DNA from: a virus
Taxonomy: Duplodnaviria; Caudoviricetes
Length of the DNA: 64,000 bases
Strand: one strand, 5' to 3'
IMG/VR virus record: IMGVR_UViG_3300032270_000543
Span: 1-64,000 of that record
Shown: positions 42,703 through 53,700 of the stretch, piece after piece
Layout of the letters: every line of letters begins with the position of its first letter
How positions within the stretch are numbered: the first letter of the stretch is position 1
The notes under the pieces: model-generated
Told to the model about the DNA's origin: nothing
The model's database searches: none
What the model saw: the letters and a program-made list of their open reading frames with translations, nothing else
Position numbers and translations under genes: made by a program

Positions 42703-45700
42703 TTAACGGAAGCGTATTACTTTTCCGAAGTTCTCAACATATGACGACCATGTGATTCCTGGTCCAGGAACGCCGACTCCACCGCCGCTATTCTCTGATG
42801 GTTCGCTGCCGTCAGCATTACCTATGTTCATGCCACAAGTGGTGAATCCATCACCAACAAATGTTGGAAATTTTCCTTGCCAAGCACGAACAGCACCCGA
42901 ATTGTTGTACAGGAATGTGTCGCCATTACGGGTGACCAACCTCTGTGTTGCTCGCTGATCCAATACAATACGATACGATGCGGCAGAATCCGTCCAATCA
43001 TCAGACGATGTTGTCTGCAATGCTCCAGCAGAAGTTAGGCTGATAGTGGAATCATCATATGAATTCGTCACTGAAGCCCTTCTGAATATGGGATTCAACA
43101 AGTCAGGGGTTCTCATATCAGCAGACGCGCCGTCAAATGCAAACACCGATTCTGTTGAATCGTATATCGTGATGCTGCTGCGATTTCTCGCATAAATCAT
43201 GCCTTGAGAATACGAATCAGATGTGTGCAATCCATATACCGTGTTAGCATATGATGTAAACACACCAGGTGCGGTATCAGCATTGATTGTTCTGCCTGGC
43301 ACGCCAACAATGTATGCTCGTCCTAAATCCAAAGACGAAAGGCTGTTTACGCTAACGGTTTCCACTTCTGTGCTGGTGCTGTTTACCTGTGCGGGATCAC
43401 CGTGCAGGTTGTTCTTTGCAAAAATCGCTCCAACATGACCACGGCTGTTGTTGGAAAGATGCAGTGCGCTCTTGGAATATCCACGCACACACAGCGAACC
43501 AACCACAGGATTTGGTGTTGGATCGTATGCAGGATTTGCACTATTCGCGGAACTGCTAGTCTGCAAGTCACCGACAATGACAGTAGAACCGTTTCTGACA
43601 TCCACTGCACGATATCCGCCGTTCACTACACTCAAGCATTTTTCAATCTCTAGTTGAGATCCATCATAGACAGCAACGGCATTTGCAGCAGAGTTCATGT
43701 ACACCGAAGCATCGTTTCCGCCAAACGAAACAAAGTTGTTGATGTACGCTTTTCCACTGATAACATTCGTGTATCCAGTGGTGACACCATCTCGCCCGCT
43801 GACTAGAACACTGGTGTTTCCAACAAAATATTGGGCAGAGACACCCGATAGAGCAGAATCCTTGTAGAACTTGATGGAAAAGGTTGTTCCACCGTCAAGT
43901 TGAAAATTTAAGTCTTCGCGTGAGACTGTTTTGAGGGAAACTAATGGAAAAGTTGTAACTTTTACACCATACAGCGTGTAGTAACGGTATTCGGTTGCGT
44001 CTGAACCAGTAATCAATGATGCTCCGCTAGTGGAACCAAACAGAGTGGTTCCGATACCACCAGGCACAATTCCCCCCGCTACAACATAATTCACATATCC
44101 AATGTCAAAAGCGGTTCCAGTAGTATTGATCCAAGACAGTTTTGCAGCAGGATACACATTAGAGAATTCAGTTGTGTCCTGATATGCAGGGAAAGACGCT
44201 TTCGCATTTGTCTTGTCACCCATTCCTGTGAAAACAGGAACCACGATGTCCATCTTGAACTTTGGCAAATCACTGTCGCAGCGAACATGAACAGAGTTTG
44301 CGGTGAACTTGCTGTTGAACAATTCAACGGAACGAGCAGTGCTTGAAATGTATGAACCGTTGTGGCGATAATCGGCTCCGTAGTTGCGATTCAATCCTGA
44401 ACCATTTGTGAAATCTATTACAGAATTTTTAGCAACAATACCGTGTTTGCACTGTGCGGTACAAATGACTGGCGCATTGTCAAGCGTGTTCTGAACAGCA
44501 TAAGAACTCTGTCCGCTCTGTGAAGCGGAAGGAGTGCCCATAGTGAAACCTGTGTTGTCGTAGTAGGCGTAAACCTTTGAACCGTATGCAGACAGAGCGG
44601 TTCCCGTTCCAAGGAATCCAAGATGGCGAATGCCTACGCTTGAATTCTCTAAAAGCAGAGCAGTTCCGTTTGATGTGGGTGCAATGTTCTGATTGGTGAT
44701 CGCAGACAGTGCCTGAGAATAGTTTGCAGTGCTGCCTGTGGTTCCGTTGTACAGTGTGTATGGAGCAGCATTGTTAATGAAGAATATATTGCGGATTCCC
44801 TTCAGGGTTCCGTTCTTCAAGAACAGCGTTCCGTAATTAGATCCGTATGCTGCACGAATAGTCACAGGATATGTGGACAGCACATACGGATCTGTAGTGA
44901 CAGTAACGGTTGCAGAAGTACTTGCTTTGGTTGGATACAGAGTAACGGTAGAAAAATCACTTGTCCATGTGTTGTCACCGCCGTAGTAACCGTTTGGTTG
45001 AGAGTACTGTGATTCTGGATAGTTAGAACCAACACCAGCCCATGTGGATACATTGTTCAATCCACCAGCCACATCCAACGACGGACAACGAACATCTGTG
45101 TTGGTGTTTTGGAATTGTACCGCCAACAGTGAATCGCTGGTGGTGGCTCCAAGAATTCTGCCGATGCCAAGAATGCCTTCGCCTTCTTCAAACGAGCAGC
45201 CGTGATTGAAAAAGCGGTCGCCGTAGAACTGTGTAGTGTACGAACCGTCACTTGTCGTGTTGCTGTTGATGCCGAATCCACTCGCTGAACTGCTAGTTTG
45301 ATATCCGTCACGCGATCCGATTGCGGCATTCGTTATAGTGAAATACATTCCCTGATCAGGAGAAGTAAAACCGTGCTTTGTGGTGTTTGCCGTGTTTGTA
45401 GTAACACCATCAAACAGACGAATACTGCCTGTGTGTCCACCACCAGCAAAGTTCTGAATATTCCAAGTATAGTTTTGAACCTGATACAGTGTACGCTGAT
45501 TGAATGCGGCGGGATCGCCTTCAATCACGATGTTTGATCCCTGTGGGTGATACAGGTTCACGGGAGTGGAAATGGTGTACTCTCCACGCAGCAGGCGAAT
45601 GTACAGAGTGGCAGTCCCGACAATCGTATAGGTGTTTGCGACCTGAAGGGCTTTCGCAAGCGTCAAATATGGCTTTGCAAGCGTGCCGTCACCCGTGCCG

Positions 45701-45807
45701 TCATCACCCGTGGTGGCAACATAGAACACCGTATCGCTGGTGATGGTGTTGAGCGACTGTGCTGCACTGCTGCTGCTCGTTGGATACGGTAGGTGTGAAT
45801 AAGCCAT
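42703..45807 (-). CDS. large spike/fibre protein, probably with a beta-helix (pectin-lyase-like) region
   Basis: N-terminal FYVATTGDDGTGDGT.AKPY.TLAKAL...I.L..GEY...IVIEG typical of beta-helix starts; G/S/T/N-rich. Confidence 0.6.
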   Translation of the reverse strand: MAYSHLPYPTSSSSAAQSLNTITSDTVFYVATTGDDGTGDGTLAKPYLTLAKALQVANTYTIVGTATLYIRLLRGEYTISTPVNLYHPQGSNIVIEGDPAAFNQRTLYQVQNYTWNIQNFAGGGHTGSIRLFDGVTTNTANTTKHGFTSPDQGMYFTITNAAIGSRDGYQTSSSASGFGINSNTTSDGSYTTQFYGDRFFNHGCSFEEGEGILGIGRILGATTSDSLLAVQFQNTNTDVRCPSLDVAGGLNNVSTWAGVGSNYPESQYSQPNGYYGGDNTWTSDFSTVTLYPTKASTSATVTVTTDPYVLSTYPVTIRAAYGSNYGTLFLKNGTLKGIRNIFFINNAAPYTLYNGTTGSTANYSQALSAITNQNIAPTSNGTALLLENSSVGIRHLGFLGTGTALSAYGSKVYAYYDNTGFTMGTPSASQSGQSSYAVQNTLDNAPVICTAQCKHGIVAKNSVIDFTNGSGLNRNYGADYRHNGSYISSTARSVELFNSKFTANSVHVRCDSDLPKFKMDIVVPVFTGMGDKTNAKASFPAYQDTTEFSNVYPAAKLSWINTTGTAFDIGYVNYVVAGGIVPGGIGTTLFGSTSGASLITGSDATEYRYYTLYGVKVTTFPLVSLKTVSREDLNFQLDGGTTFSIKFYKDSALSGVSAQYFVGNTSVLVSGRDGVTTGYTNVISGKAYINNFVSFGGNDASVYMNSAANAVAVYDGSQLEIEKCLSVVNGGYRAVDVRNGSTVIVGDLQTSSSANSANPAYDPTPNPVVGSLCVRGYSKSALHLSNNSRGHVGAIFAKNNLHGDPAQVNSTSTEVETVSVNSLSSLDLGRAYIVGVPGRTINADTAPGVFTSYANTVYGLHTSDSYSQGMIYARNRSSITIYDSTESVFAFDGASADMRTPDLLNPIFRRASVTNSYDDSTISLTSAGALQTTSSDDWTDSAASYRIVLDQRATQRLVTRNGDTFLYNNSGAVRAWQGKFPTFVGDGFTTCGMNIGNADGSEPSENSGGGVGVPGPGITWSSYVENFGKVIRFR

Positions 45808-45827
45808 TTAGTGTTCCCTGATTCTAG

Positions 45828-47915
45828 TTAGGAGATGCGCCAAGCGAATCCGCTGAAATTGAAGTGTGCTGCCGCAGCAACAACTTGCGATCCACCAGCA
45901 TTCACTCCAGCATAAGATGGTTGCTGACCGTTGCTGCTATAATCAAGTCTAGTGCTTCTCGTTACATGGTACATCCATGTCTGATCGGAACTTCCAGGAA
46001 GAACAACTGGAAAATTTGTAAAAGTATTTATTGCCACGATCTGCCCAACACCAGAGTTGCTTGTCGCCTTGGGCATGAAGTTTGTGGGTGTCACCAAAAC
46101 GCTGTCAACATAATCTTTTGTCGTGAGTGTCTTTGAATGCGAACCTGCTGTGGTGCCGATGCTGCTGCGAGCCTGACCAGTAATGTCGAGCGCAACAGCA
46201 GGAGTCGTGTTTCCAATACCCACGCGACCACCGCTTGGCTGAATGGATAGAGTCAAGCCTCCGCTATTCAGCCAACCGTCAATCCAAGCCACATTGTTTG
46301 TATCGCTTACACCAAACTGCAACTGCTTGGTTCCGTTTCCAACAATCAGATTTCCGCGACTCGCTGCTCCATGATTGTTTGCAGCATGGGTAATTGTGGT
46401 GTTTGCGGACGCGACACGCAGGCGTTCCGTGTTTCCCACATTTGCAATCACATAGGAAGAACTGGACGAATTTCCGCCCTTGTCCGCTTCGAGGAACAGC
46501 GCACCAAGTTGACTGCCATTGCTGTTTGCGTTTACTTGAGCGTACTTGCCAGTGGTATCATCGCTGTCTTGCAGACGAATCTGCGGAGAAGAAGATGAAA
46601 TGTGAAGCGTGGTCTGTGGAGAAGTGGTTCCGATTCCCAGTTTTCCTGCATTGCTGAGGCGCATCTGTTCAATGCCAGAGATTCCGTCATTGGTACGGAA
46701 GATCAGGTCAGCACCAGCGTTGGTGGGTAGGATCGTTCCGTCACGCAGATCACCAACAAGCAGATTCTCGTATGGGATGTCTACACCACCAATGATGGCA
46801 GCGCGTGTATACGGCTTTGCCTTGATGATGTACCGCACCGCCAGATACGGCGGCATATTGTTTAGTACATCGTTCGACAACGGCTTGAGTACAGTTTTCG
46901 TGGTTCCACTTGCAGCAGTTGTGGTATCAAGTGTGTTCTTTTCTTCTCCACCAAATGTGCTGATAGGATATGGATTGGAAACAGCAGAGTTTGCCGCATC
47001 GGTGTATCCAAGCGGAAACCGCCCGCTCATGTTGGGCGTGTTGAAGTGGGTGAGCGATGTTCCTGTTACGGTAAATGTTCCAACTTCGCCAGAAGTTCGG
47101 AAACTGATGCTTACGCTTCCCGTTGCAAAAAATTGATTCGGAACATAGAAGTTCTGATTTGCAGACGAGAACGAATTCTTTGTTTGTACTGTTATGGTTT
47201 TCGTTGTGGTGTTTACGGCAATAACATCACCAGCAAGCGAACTGTTTCCGTCAGAAGAGGTCTGTGTGACACCATCACCAACAGTGATTCCTGTCACGCT
47301 GCTCAATGTCAGTACAGCCACATGACCGTACATGGGAGCGCGAACGCCAGAAGTGAAACGAATCTTCGCAAGTAGTTCAGGATACAGAGAAACCGAAATC
47401 GTCGTACCATCGCAAGCCAACCAAGTGATCGGAATATCGCCACCCGCAAACGGAATAACTGTTCCTACAGGTTGAATCTCGTCAATCGCAACGGTCGAAG
47501 ATCCACCAATCTGTGTTCCAAGGAAGTTGTTCAGAACATACTCTTGAGTTGACTGGTTGCGAATCAAGATGGGCTTGATGACAGCACCAATCAGACTCGG
47601 TGGCGTGAGCATGAGTTTTCCTGAATCGCTGTCGCTCAAGAACAGTACAGGAACCGTTGCGCCAGAAAGATATCCAACCGCAGACAGATCAATTTTTCCT
47701 GCAATCACAAGAGTGAACTGCGTTCCTGTAGCACTACCCACAACGCCAACAACTTCGGAGTTCAGTGCGCTATCAGCCTGAGCCTTGACATAGGTACCGC
47801 TGCTGACATCCCACCGCAGAACATCACCCACCGAAAACGAGTTTGACTGTGAAACAGTCTTGACCAGTTGATCCGTGGTTTGAACGCCGCCTGATAGGTA
47901 AAGTGATGATCCCAT
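45828..47915 (-). CDS. tail fibre protein with a tail-collar domain
   Basis: PVGTVIPFAG...WLACDG...YPEL...FNTPNMSGRFPLG...NNMPPYLAVRYIIKA collar; G.LGIGTTSP/GRVGIGNTTP fibre repeats. Confidence 0.8.
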   Translation of the reverse strand: MGSSLYLSGGVQTTDQLVKTVSQSNSFSVGDVLRWDVSSGTYVKAQADSALNSEVVGVVGSATGTQFTLVIAGKIDLSAVGYLSGATVPVLFLSDSDSGKLMLTPPSLIGAVIKPILIRNQSTQEYVLNNFLGTQIGGSSTVAIDEIQPVGTVIPFAGGDIPITWLACDGTTISVSLYPELLAKIRFTSGVRAPMYGHVAVLTLSSVTGITVGDGVTQTSSDGNSSLAGDVIAVNTTTKTITVQTKNSFSSANQNFYVPNQFFATGSVSISFRTSGEVGTFTVTGTSLTHFNTPNMSGRFPLGYTDAANSAVSNPYPISTFGGEEKNTLDTTTAASGTTKTVLKPLSNDVLNNMPPYLAVRYIIKAKPYTRAAIIGGVDIPYENLLVGDLRDGTILPTNAGADLIFRTNDGISGIEQMRLSNAGKLGIGTTSPQTTLHISSSSPQIRLQDSDDTTGKYAQVNANSNGSQLGALFLEADKGGNSSSSSYVIANVGNTERLRVASANTTITHAANNHGAASRGNLIVGNGTKQLQFGVSDTNNVAWIDGWLNSGGLTLSIQPSGGRVGIGNTTPAVALDITGQARSSIGTTAGSHSKTLTTKDYVDSVLVTPTNFMPKATSNSGVGQIVAINTFTNFPVVLPGSSDQTWMYHVTRSTRLDYSSNGQQPSYAGVNAGGSQVVAAAAHFNFSGFAWRIS

Positions 47916-50581
47916 TAGGAAATTCTCCATCCAACGATGTTCAGATTCTCATTGCTGCTAATTCCCAAATCATCCGTAAATGCTTTGGCAAGAACGGGTG
48001 CTGTTATTACTTTGATGGTCAAGCCACGAGTATTACCATCGTTGTCCGTTCCGTTTTTTACTATGCACATCCATGTCTGACTAGTTCGTCCAATGGTAAT
48101 TGCAGAACCAGCCGAAGTAACATCTATTTGGAAAGGCTGACCTACCTGTGGATTTGGATTTGCTGCTTCGTTTGCTGGATTCGTAGAAAACAGAGTAGTT
48201 CCACCAGGCTTCGGCATGACATTACTTGCTGCAAAGTTTCCAACAGTGATTCCTGCGCTTGCTGTGATCAATCCTGTTGCAGTCAGGCTTCCGCCAACGG
48301 TGGCAGCACCTGTAACGCTGAGTGTGGAACGAACAGTAGCAGCACCATTTACATCAAGTGTGGTGCTTGGCAAGGTTATTCCAATGCCAACATTTCCACC
48401 CATGTATGTCATCTTGGAAGTGTTGACAACCAACAGATCGTTCATAGTGAGAGTAACGCCAACCGTAGCGGAAGTCGCAGAGGCGGTTCTCAGCAGCAAT
48501 CCACCGTTACCGAGGGTGTTTCCGACTTCAAGAGCCACACGGGGTCTGTTGCTCGATCCTGTGGTGCTTTGGTAGCCCAACGCACTTGGAACTGGACGCA
48601 ATCCGTAACCGACTACGGTGTTTCCGCTGCTGTATTGTGTACCGATTGTGTTGAGAGTTTCGGGATATGCACTGTTGTTTCCCGACTCGTTGAAGCGACT
48701 GGCGAGCAGCACGCTTCCCTGATCAGACTGATTATTTCCCGAAACAATCGTGCCTGCCACATCAAGAGTTGAGCCGCCAGATCCTGATCCAAAGAATCCA
48801 ATCTGAACGCTGCCTTTGCGATCCTTGGGGAAACGCATGACTTTCGTACCACCTGCGGTGTCTGCACCATCACGCACACCAAACTCAAGATCAGCCACGG
48901 GACCAGTCGAACCAAGGTTCCGAATCAGTAGATCGCTTAGAGTGATGTTCGTAAGATCGTTTGCTGTGGCTGCCTTGTCTCCACGATACGAGAACAGGTA
49001 TCCCGACAGGCTTCCTTCGTCATTACTAGTAGCCATGAACAGCGGCTTGCGAATGGAACCAGAGGTCAGGGGATAACTCGAACTGAATGGAGCAGTGTTG
49101 CTTTCGTATGCACCCGTGGTTCCTGCACAGTCCTTGCTCAAGAAATATACGGTTCCGCTGTTGACGGCTCCGTATTGTGCAGGTAGACAAATTCCTTGGA
49201 AAAATCCGTCCATGAGAACCGAGAACGAGCCATTAATTCCAGAGGATGCACCAGGTCCACCAATGTCTGTCACAGCAACAACCATACCAGCAACTTCGGC
49301 TTCGGCATCGCTATTAGCCTGTGCCTTTACATACACACCTTGTGTATATGTTCCTGTGGTGGCTCCATAAGTAAGACTTGTCACCGTGGAATTCCACCGC
49401 ACAAAATCGCCAATCTTGAACTGGTTGTACTGCTGAATCTCAACGCCTAGTGAGGTGGAGGTAGAAGTGTTTTGAGTTGCGCTCAGAATACCACCCGTAA
49501 ACGGATACACGATTCCAGAATTGGTTCCTGTGGCAATCAGTACTGCTTTGTGTACCTGTCCCGCTGCGATTGGAAGGGTTGGAGTGATCTTTCCTGCGGT
49601 GAACGGACTCAAGTAATACACAGTTCCTGCCACAAGAGATCCACCACCCGAAATAGCATCTATGAAATCGCCGTATATTTCACCCAAGAAAGTGATTTCA
49701 AAATTGCTCGCGTCAATTACCCGAGACACGAGTCCCACGACTTCTGCAAGCGGAGCAGAAGAAGCCCTTGCCGCAGTATAGGTTCCTGCGTTCAGGTACA
49801 CAGGCTCGCCAAACCAGAATCCGTGGTCTGCCTGATTGACAATCTTCTTGTTTACACCACCGTAGATGCTGACTGATGGCTGCGCTCCGTAAGTCGCGCC
49901 GCCGAACACTTCCATGAACACCGTAGCACCCGTTGGTGCAGTACGCGCAAACTGCGTGACACGATCTGCATAGGTGGTTCCGCTGAATGAAATCTTGAAT
50001 CCGTGATCGGATGTGTTTCCGCCGTCAATCCACAGACCCGTGCCGTGAACAGGAAGAATGCCACCATCAGCAGGATAAATTCCACTTGACGCTCCGCTGA
50101 ATCCAATACTAGTGTTTGCACGCCAGTATCCAGTGACACCACGAACCTGATTGTATTGCCACAGCCACTCTGCGGTATTTCCGCTTCCGCGATTCAGGAT
50201 CAGACCACCGCCGCCAGCAGTGTTAATGTTGGCATCGCTTGCAGCAGCAGTATCGCCAAGCACGATGTTATAGTCATCAATTGTGACCACATTTGCATTC
50301 ACGGTAAAGTGATTGGCGTTGAATGTGACATCGCCATCAAATACTATTGGACCTTCAAATGTGTGTCCCGTTTGAATGGTTTCTGCCAGATACATGGCAG
50401 CAGTACCACCATCACTAGTCACCACGGTGATGCTGCCCGTGCTGACTCCCTCGTAGACCTTCAGTTTGTTCAGTTTGTAGACACCAGTATTGGTGATGTC
50501 GCGCCAAACATTGAAAGTGTCCCCGAGTTCTACTTCGGGGATGATATACGAGTTACTGTCTGGTCCTGTGTATGAAGCCAT
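47915..50581 (-). CDS. fibre / baseplate-associated structural protein
   Basis: DTFNVWR..TN N-terminus, IDD.NIVLG...GGGL.L and GNVGIG...P.TTLDVNG repeats. Confidence 0.7.
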   Translation of the reverse strand: MASYTGPDSNSYIIPEVELGDTFNVWRDITNTGVYKLNKLKVYEGVSTGSITVVTSDGGTAAMYLAETIQTGHTFEGPIVFDGDVTFNANHFTVNANVVTIDDYNIVLGDTAAASDANINTAGGGGLILNRGSGNTAEWLWQYNQVRGVTGYWRANTSIGFSGASSGIYPADGGILPVHGTGLWIDGGNTSDHGFKISFSGTTYADRVTQFARTAPTGATVFMEVFGGATYGAQPSVSIYGGVNKKIVNQADHGFWFGEPVYLNAGTYTAARASSAPLAEVVGLVSRVIDASNFEITFLGEIYGDFIDAISGGGSLVAGTVYYLSPFTAGKITPTLPIAAGQVHKAVLIATGTNSGIVYPFTGGILSATQNTSTSTSLGVEIQQYNQFKIGDFVRWNSTVTSLTYGATTGTYTQGVYVKAQANSDAEAEVAGMVVAVTDIGGPGASSGINGSFSVLMDGFFQGICLPAQYGAVNSGTVYFLSKDCAGTTGAYESNTAPFSSSYPLTSGSIRKPLFMATSNDEGSLSGYLFSYRGDKAATANDLTNITLSDLLIRNLGSTGPVADLEFGVRDGADTAGGTKVMRFPKDRKGSVQIGFFGSGSGGSTLDVAGTIVSGNNQSDQGSVLLASRFNESGNNSAYPETLNTIGTQYSSGNTVVGYGLRPVPSALGYQSTTGSSNRPRVALEVGNTLGNGGLLLRTASATSATVGVTLTMNDLLVVNTSKMTYMGGNVGIGITLPSTTLDVNGAATVRSTLSVTGAATVGGSLTATGLITASAGITVGNFAASNVMPKPGGTTLFSTNPANEAANPNPQVGQPFQIDVTSAGSAITIGRTSQTWMCIVKNGTDNDGNTRGLTIKVITAPVLAKAFTDDLGISSNENLNIVGWRIS

Positions 50582-50584
50582 TGT

Positions 50585-50773
50585 TTACCGTTTCTCGTTG
50601 GTTTCCAGTAGTGATTTCAGGGCTTGCAAATCGTGCTGCAACCTATTTATTTCGGCTTTCATGGCATCCATAGCGTCCGTGACATTCTTTTTTTGCAAGT
50701 AATCACGCATTGCCGATTTGTCGGCAAGCACTGCCGCCCCACTTCTGATGTCTCGTTTGTATTTTTCACTCAT
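50585..50773 (-). CDS. small coiled-coil protein downstream of the VrlC-like gene
   Basis: YKRD..SGAAV..D....RDY...MKAEI..L..DL..LKSLL; contains ATAAATA (50644-50650) upstream of the next gene. Confidence 0.7.
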   Translation of the reverse strand: MSEKYKRDIRSGAAVLADKSAMRDYLQKKNVTDAMDAMKAEINRLQHDLQALKSLLETNEKR

Positions 50774-50777
50774 TGCT

Positions 50778-53700
50778 TTACAGATAGAAACTGATCGTCC
50801 TGACATTTTTCAATGCAGGAGTTTCATAGTAAGTAGCAGAAGAGCCGTTCTCAGACCACATATCAACCTTGACCTGATAAGACTTGAACTCCTTGTTGGC
50901 ATCGTAGAAACGATATACTGCCTCACGGAAGTCTAGTTCCGATGTACTGGTGAAAGACGCATTTTTGCGATCAAGAGCAGTCCACGGCTTCGTGAAGATA
51001 TCGCTCTCTCCCGTCTGAGAACAACGGAAGTATACTGCAATCTGTGCTGTACTGGGAAGATTTGCGTCAAGGAACACCTGCAATCCATTCGAAACAACAT
51101 CGGGATCAAGTGTTACCACCCGTGAAACATACGATGACGGCGTAGTATCATTCAGACGCATCTCAATGCCTACCCCATACAGGGTCTGCGTATCCAAGAT
51201 CGGACTGACTGCCGTGCTTGCACCGTTCGACAGCGTATAACGCAACTGCGGAGAGTTCTCAAGCATATTCCTCAAATACAGGTTCTCATTGTTTGCAATG
51301 GCTGTATTTTCTACTCTACGGGTGATTCTGCATCCAACGGGGCTGACTTCGGATGCCGCAAACTTGATTATTTGCTTTGCCGAGCAGTTGGTTGTGCTGA
51401 AGGTAACCGTATTGTTGTTGCCGATGAATACGCAGCGTTCCATCGTGAACATCAGGTCGGTGTTGTTGTCCTGAACTGCTGGTCCGATTCCCTGCGGGAA
51501 ATACAGGGTTCCGACACGCTGATTGTTTCCACCGCGTCCCGCAATAGCATCACCGTTTGCAGTTGTGTTTATTGAACTGCCAACAGCATAGAGCGAATAC
51601 AGATTGCTGTTTGCAATAATGCAGATGGCGTACTCACCCGACTCAAGGAACACAGGGCTGCTGAACTTGAACACCGTTCCCGATGGAGAGTTTGCATCAG
51701 CATTCACAGCAGAAGCCTGTTTGGTGACTGTGCTGAACGGAACAACAACGGACGGTGAAGGATAGCCATTCACGGTTGGACGAATCTGAACCGTGACAGG
51801 CAGGCTACTGTCCTTTGTGGCAAAGAAGAGAGTAAGGCTCTTCAGGAATATGCCTTCGGGATTAGCCTTGCGGTCAACAAAGAATGTCTGCGCCAGTGGA
51901 TCGCACCACGCTGAATTTTCAAGAACATCATACGCCAGATCCACATTGAATGGATCCTTGACGATTCCTTCGCTACCAACAGTACGGCGGCGCAAAACAG
52001 GAGGACGAGTCGATACACATCCAGAATCACGCTGATTAAGAATTCCCGTGCAGTAGTACACCACCTCGGCAGCAGTGGTAGCATTCTCCGCAGAAGCAGA
52101 ATCGCTGATACGGACAACTTTCTCGCCTGCAAGAAACTGACCCGCAGGAATGCTGAAAGTTACTCCAGACACCGTTCCCGTAAAATCTGTAGTGATTCCG
52201 CTTATGACTGTATCACCATCAAAGTAAACAGATACACCAGTGTTGGGCTTTAGACCGTGGGCAGTAACTCCAATCACAGACGAGGGAACATACGGCACAA
52301 CGCTGCGATCAACCACCCTAGATCCAACAACAGTCTTGATGCGATTCTTCATTCGTGCTTGACGAATAAAGTTGCTGGTCTTCTGATTTAGTGTATCGAC
52401 AGAACGGCTAGATCCAACATGGACGCTTCCCGAATTGATATTAGGAATCACCGAAGAGTTGTTTGAATGGGGAACCTCGAATGTTCTCTTGTTGATTTCG
52501 TCTTGCTCTTCGGGTGTCTGCGGAATACCCGTCCACAGACTTTCCCAATCGTTCCATTGTGTGCCAAATCCGCGGGCATTGTTTGCATTGGACGAAAGCC
52601 AGTTGTCATTCTCCGATAGAGAGTTTGTCTTCACAACAGGACGGTACTCAAGATCAAAGAACGGAGACACCGATGTAGACAACTGCATGAATCCAAGCCA
52701 GTTCAAAGTATTGGATGGATTGACCTTTACTGTTTTGGTGTACTGCTTGTTTTCGATATAGGTAACACCGCTGTAGTTCAGAGTAATAATACCATCTGCT
52801 GAAAGAGTAGTGCCAGACAGTTCGGTAATGGTGAGGGTAGGCTTGTACTCTGTGAAGAACGGACGCAATTCTCCCCACTCATAATCAACAGAGCAGATAT
52901 TCTCACCAGAACTTACATCGGCAACAGAATGACCAAAGAATTCATCAGAGTAAACGGATGTCTTCAGGGGTTCTGTTGCAGCAGAAGATGTCTTTAGTGA
53001 ACGGGCTTCAATCTCTGCTTCGCTCAACGACAACTTGGTGAATACTTCAATATCATCCACACGCTTCTGTATCTTACCGATATCAGCCATCGTAAAGCGT
53101 TGAGTATCAACCTGTGTAACGCTTACATTAGATGGGCTATGGGTATATGCGGGAACAGAGAGTGTGCATATCGTAAGTGCATCTTCCACATCAGCGGGAG
53201 TTGATGGAGATAGGTCGGGAGTTCCCGAAACCACGAAGAACTGCGCCGAATTATCGGTAGGATTGTTACGCAGACACACCTTGTCGATTCGCGGCAGATA
53301 GTGATCATACGAAACTTCGGTGGCTGTGAATTCACCAATGGAGAATTCAGAGGTTCCGTATGGCTTCATAACAAACGACGAATCAGGATGTACATGGCGG
53401 AAATCCAAGCAGTTCGCCAAAGATACAGTGTTTCCTGTTCGTGTATTCGTAAAGAGCGGAATAGCACCATACGAAATGTCGGGATACGACAACTTTCCTA
53501 CGAATGGAGCAGACGCAAGACCACGATGTTCGAAATACGAATACGAAACCGTGAGCGTATCTTCCGCATCCCACGAAGCAACTTCAGCAACATACGATGG
53601 CTTGACAACCAATCGTCCGTATGTGTAATAAGCCTCGCGCTGACCGTCATCGTACTCAAAGTAATCGGTGACATCCGATGTTTCTGCGGTGACCGCGTTT

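Noticed and set aside
45828-48120. Diversity-generating retroelement targeting the similar fibre C-termini
   Set aside because: Similarity is at the protein level only; I saw no near-identical template repeat and no reverse transcriptase in the window
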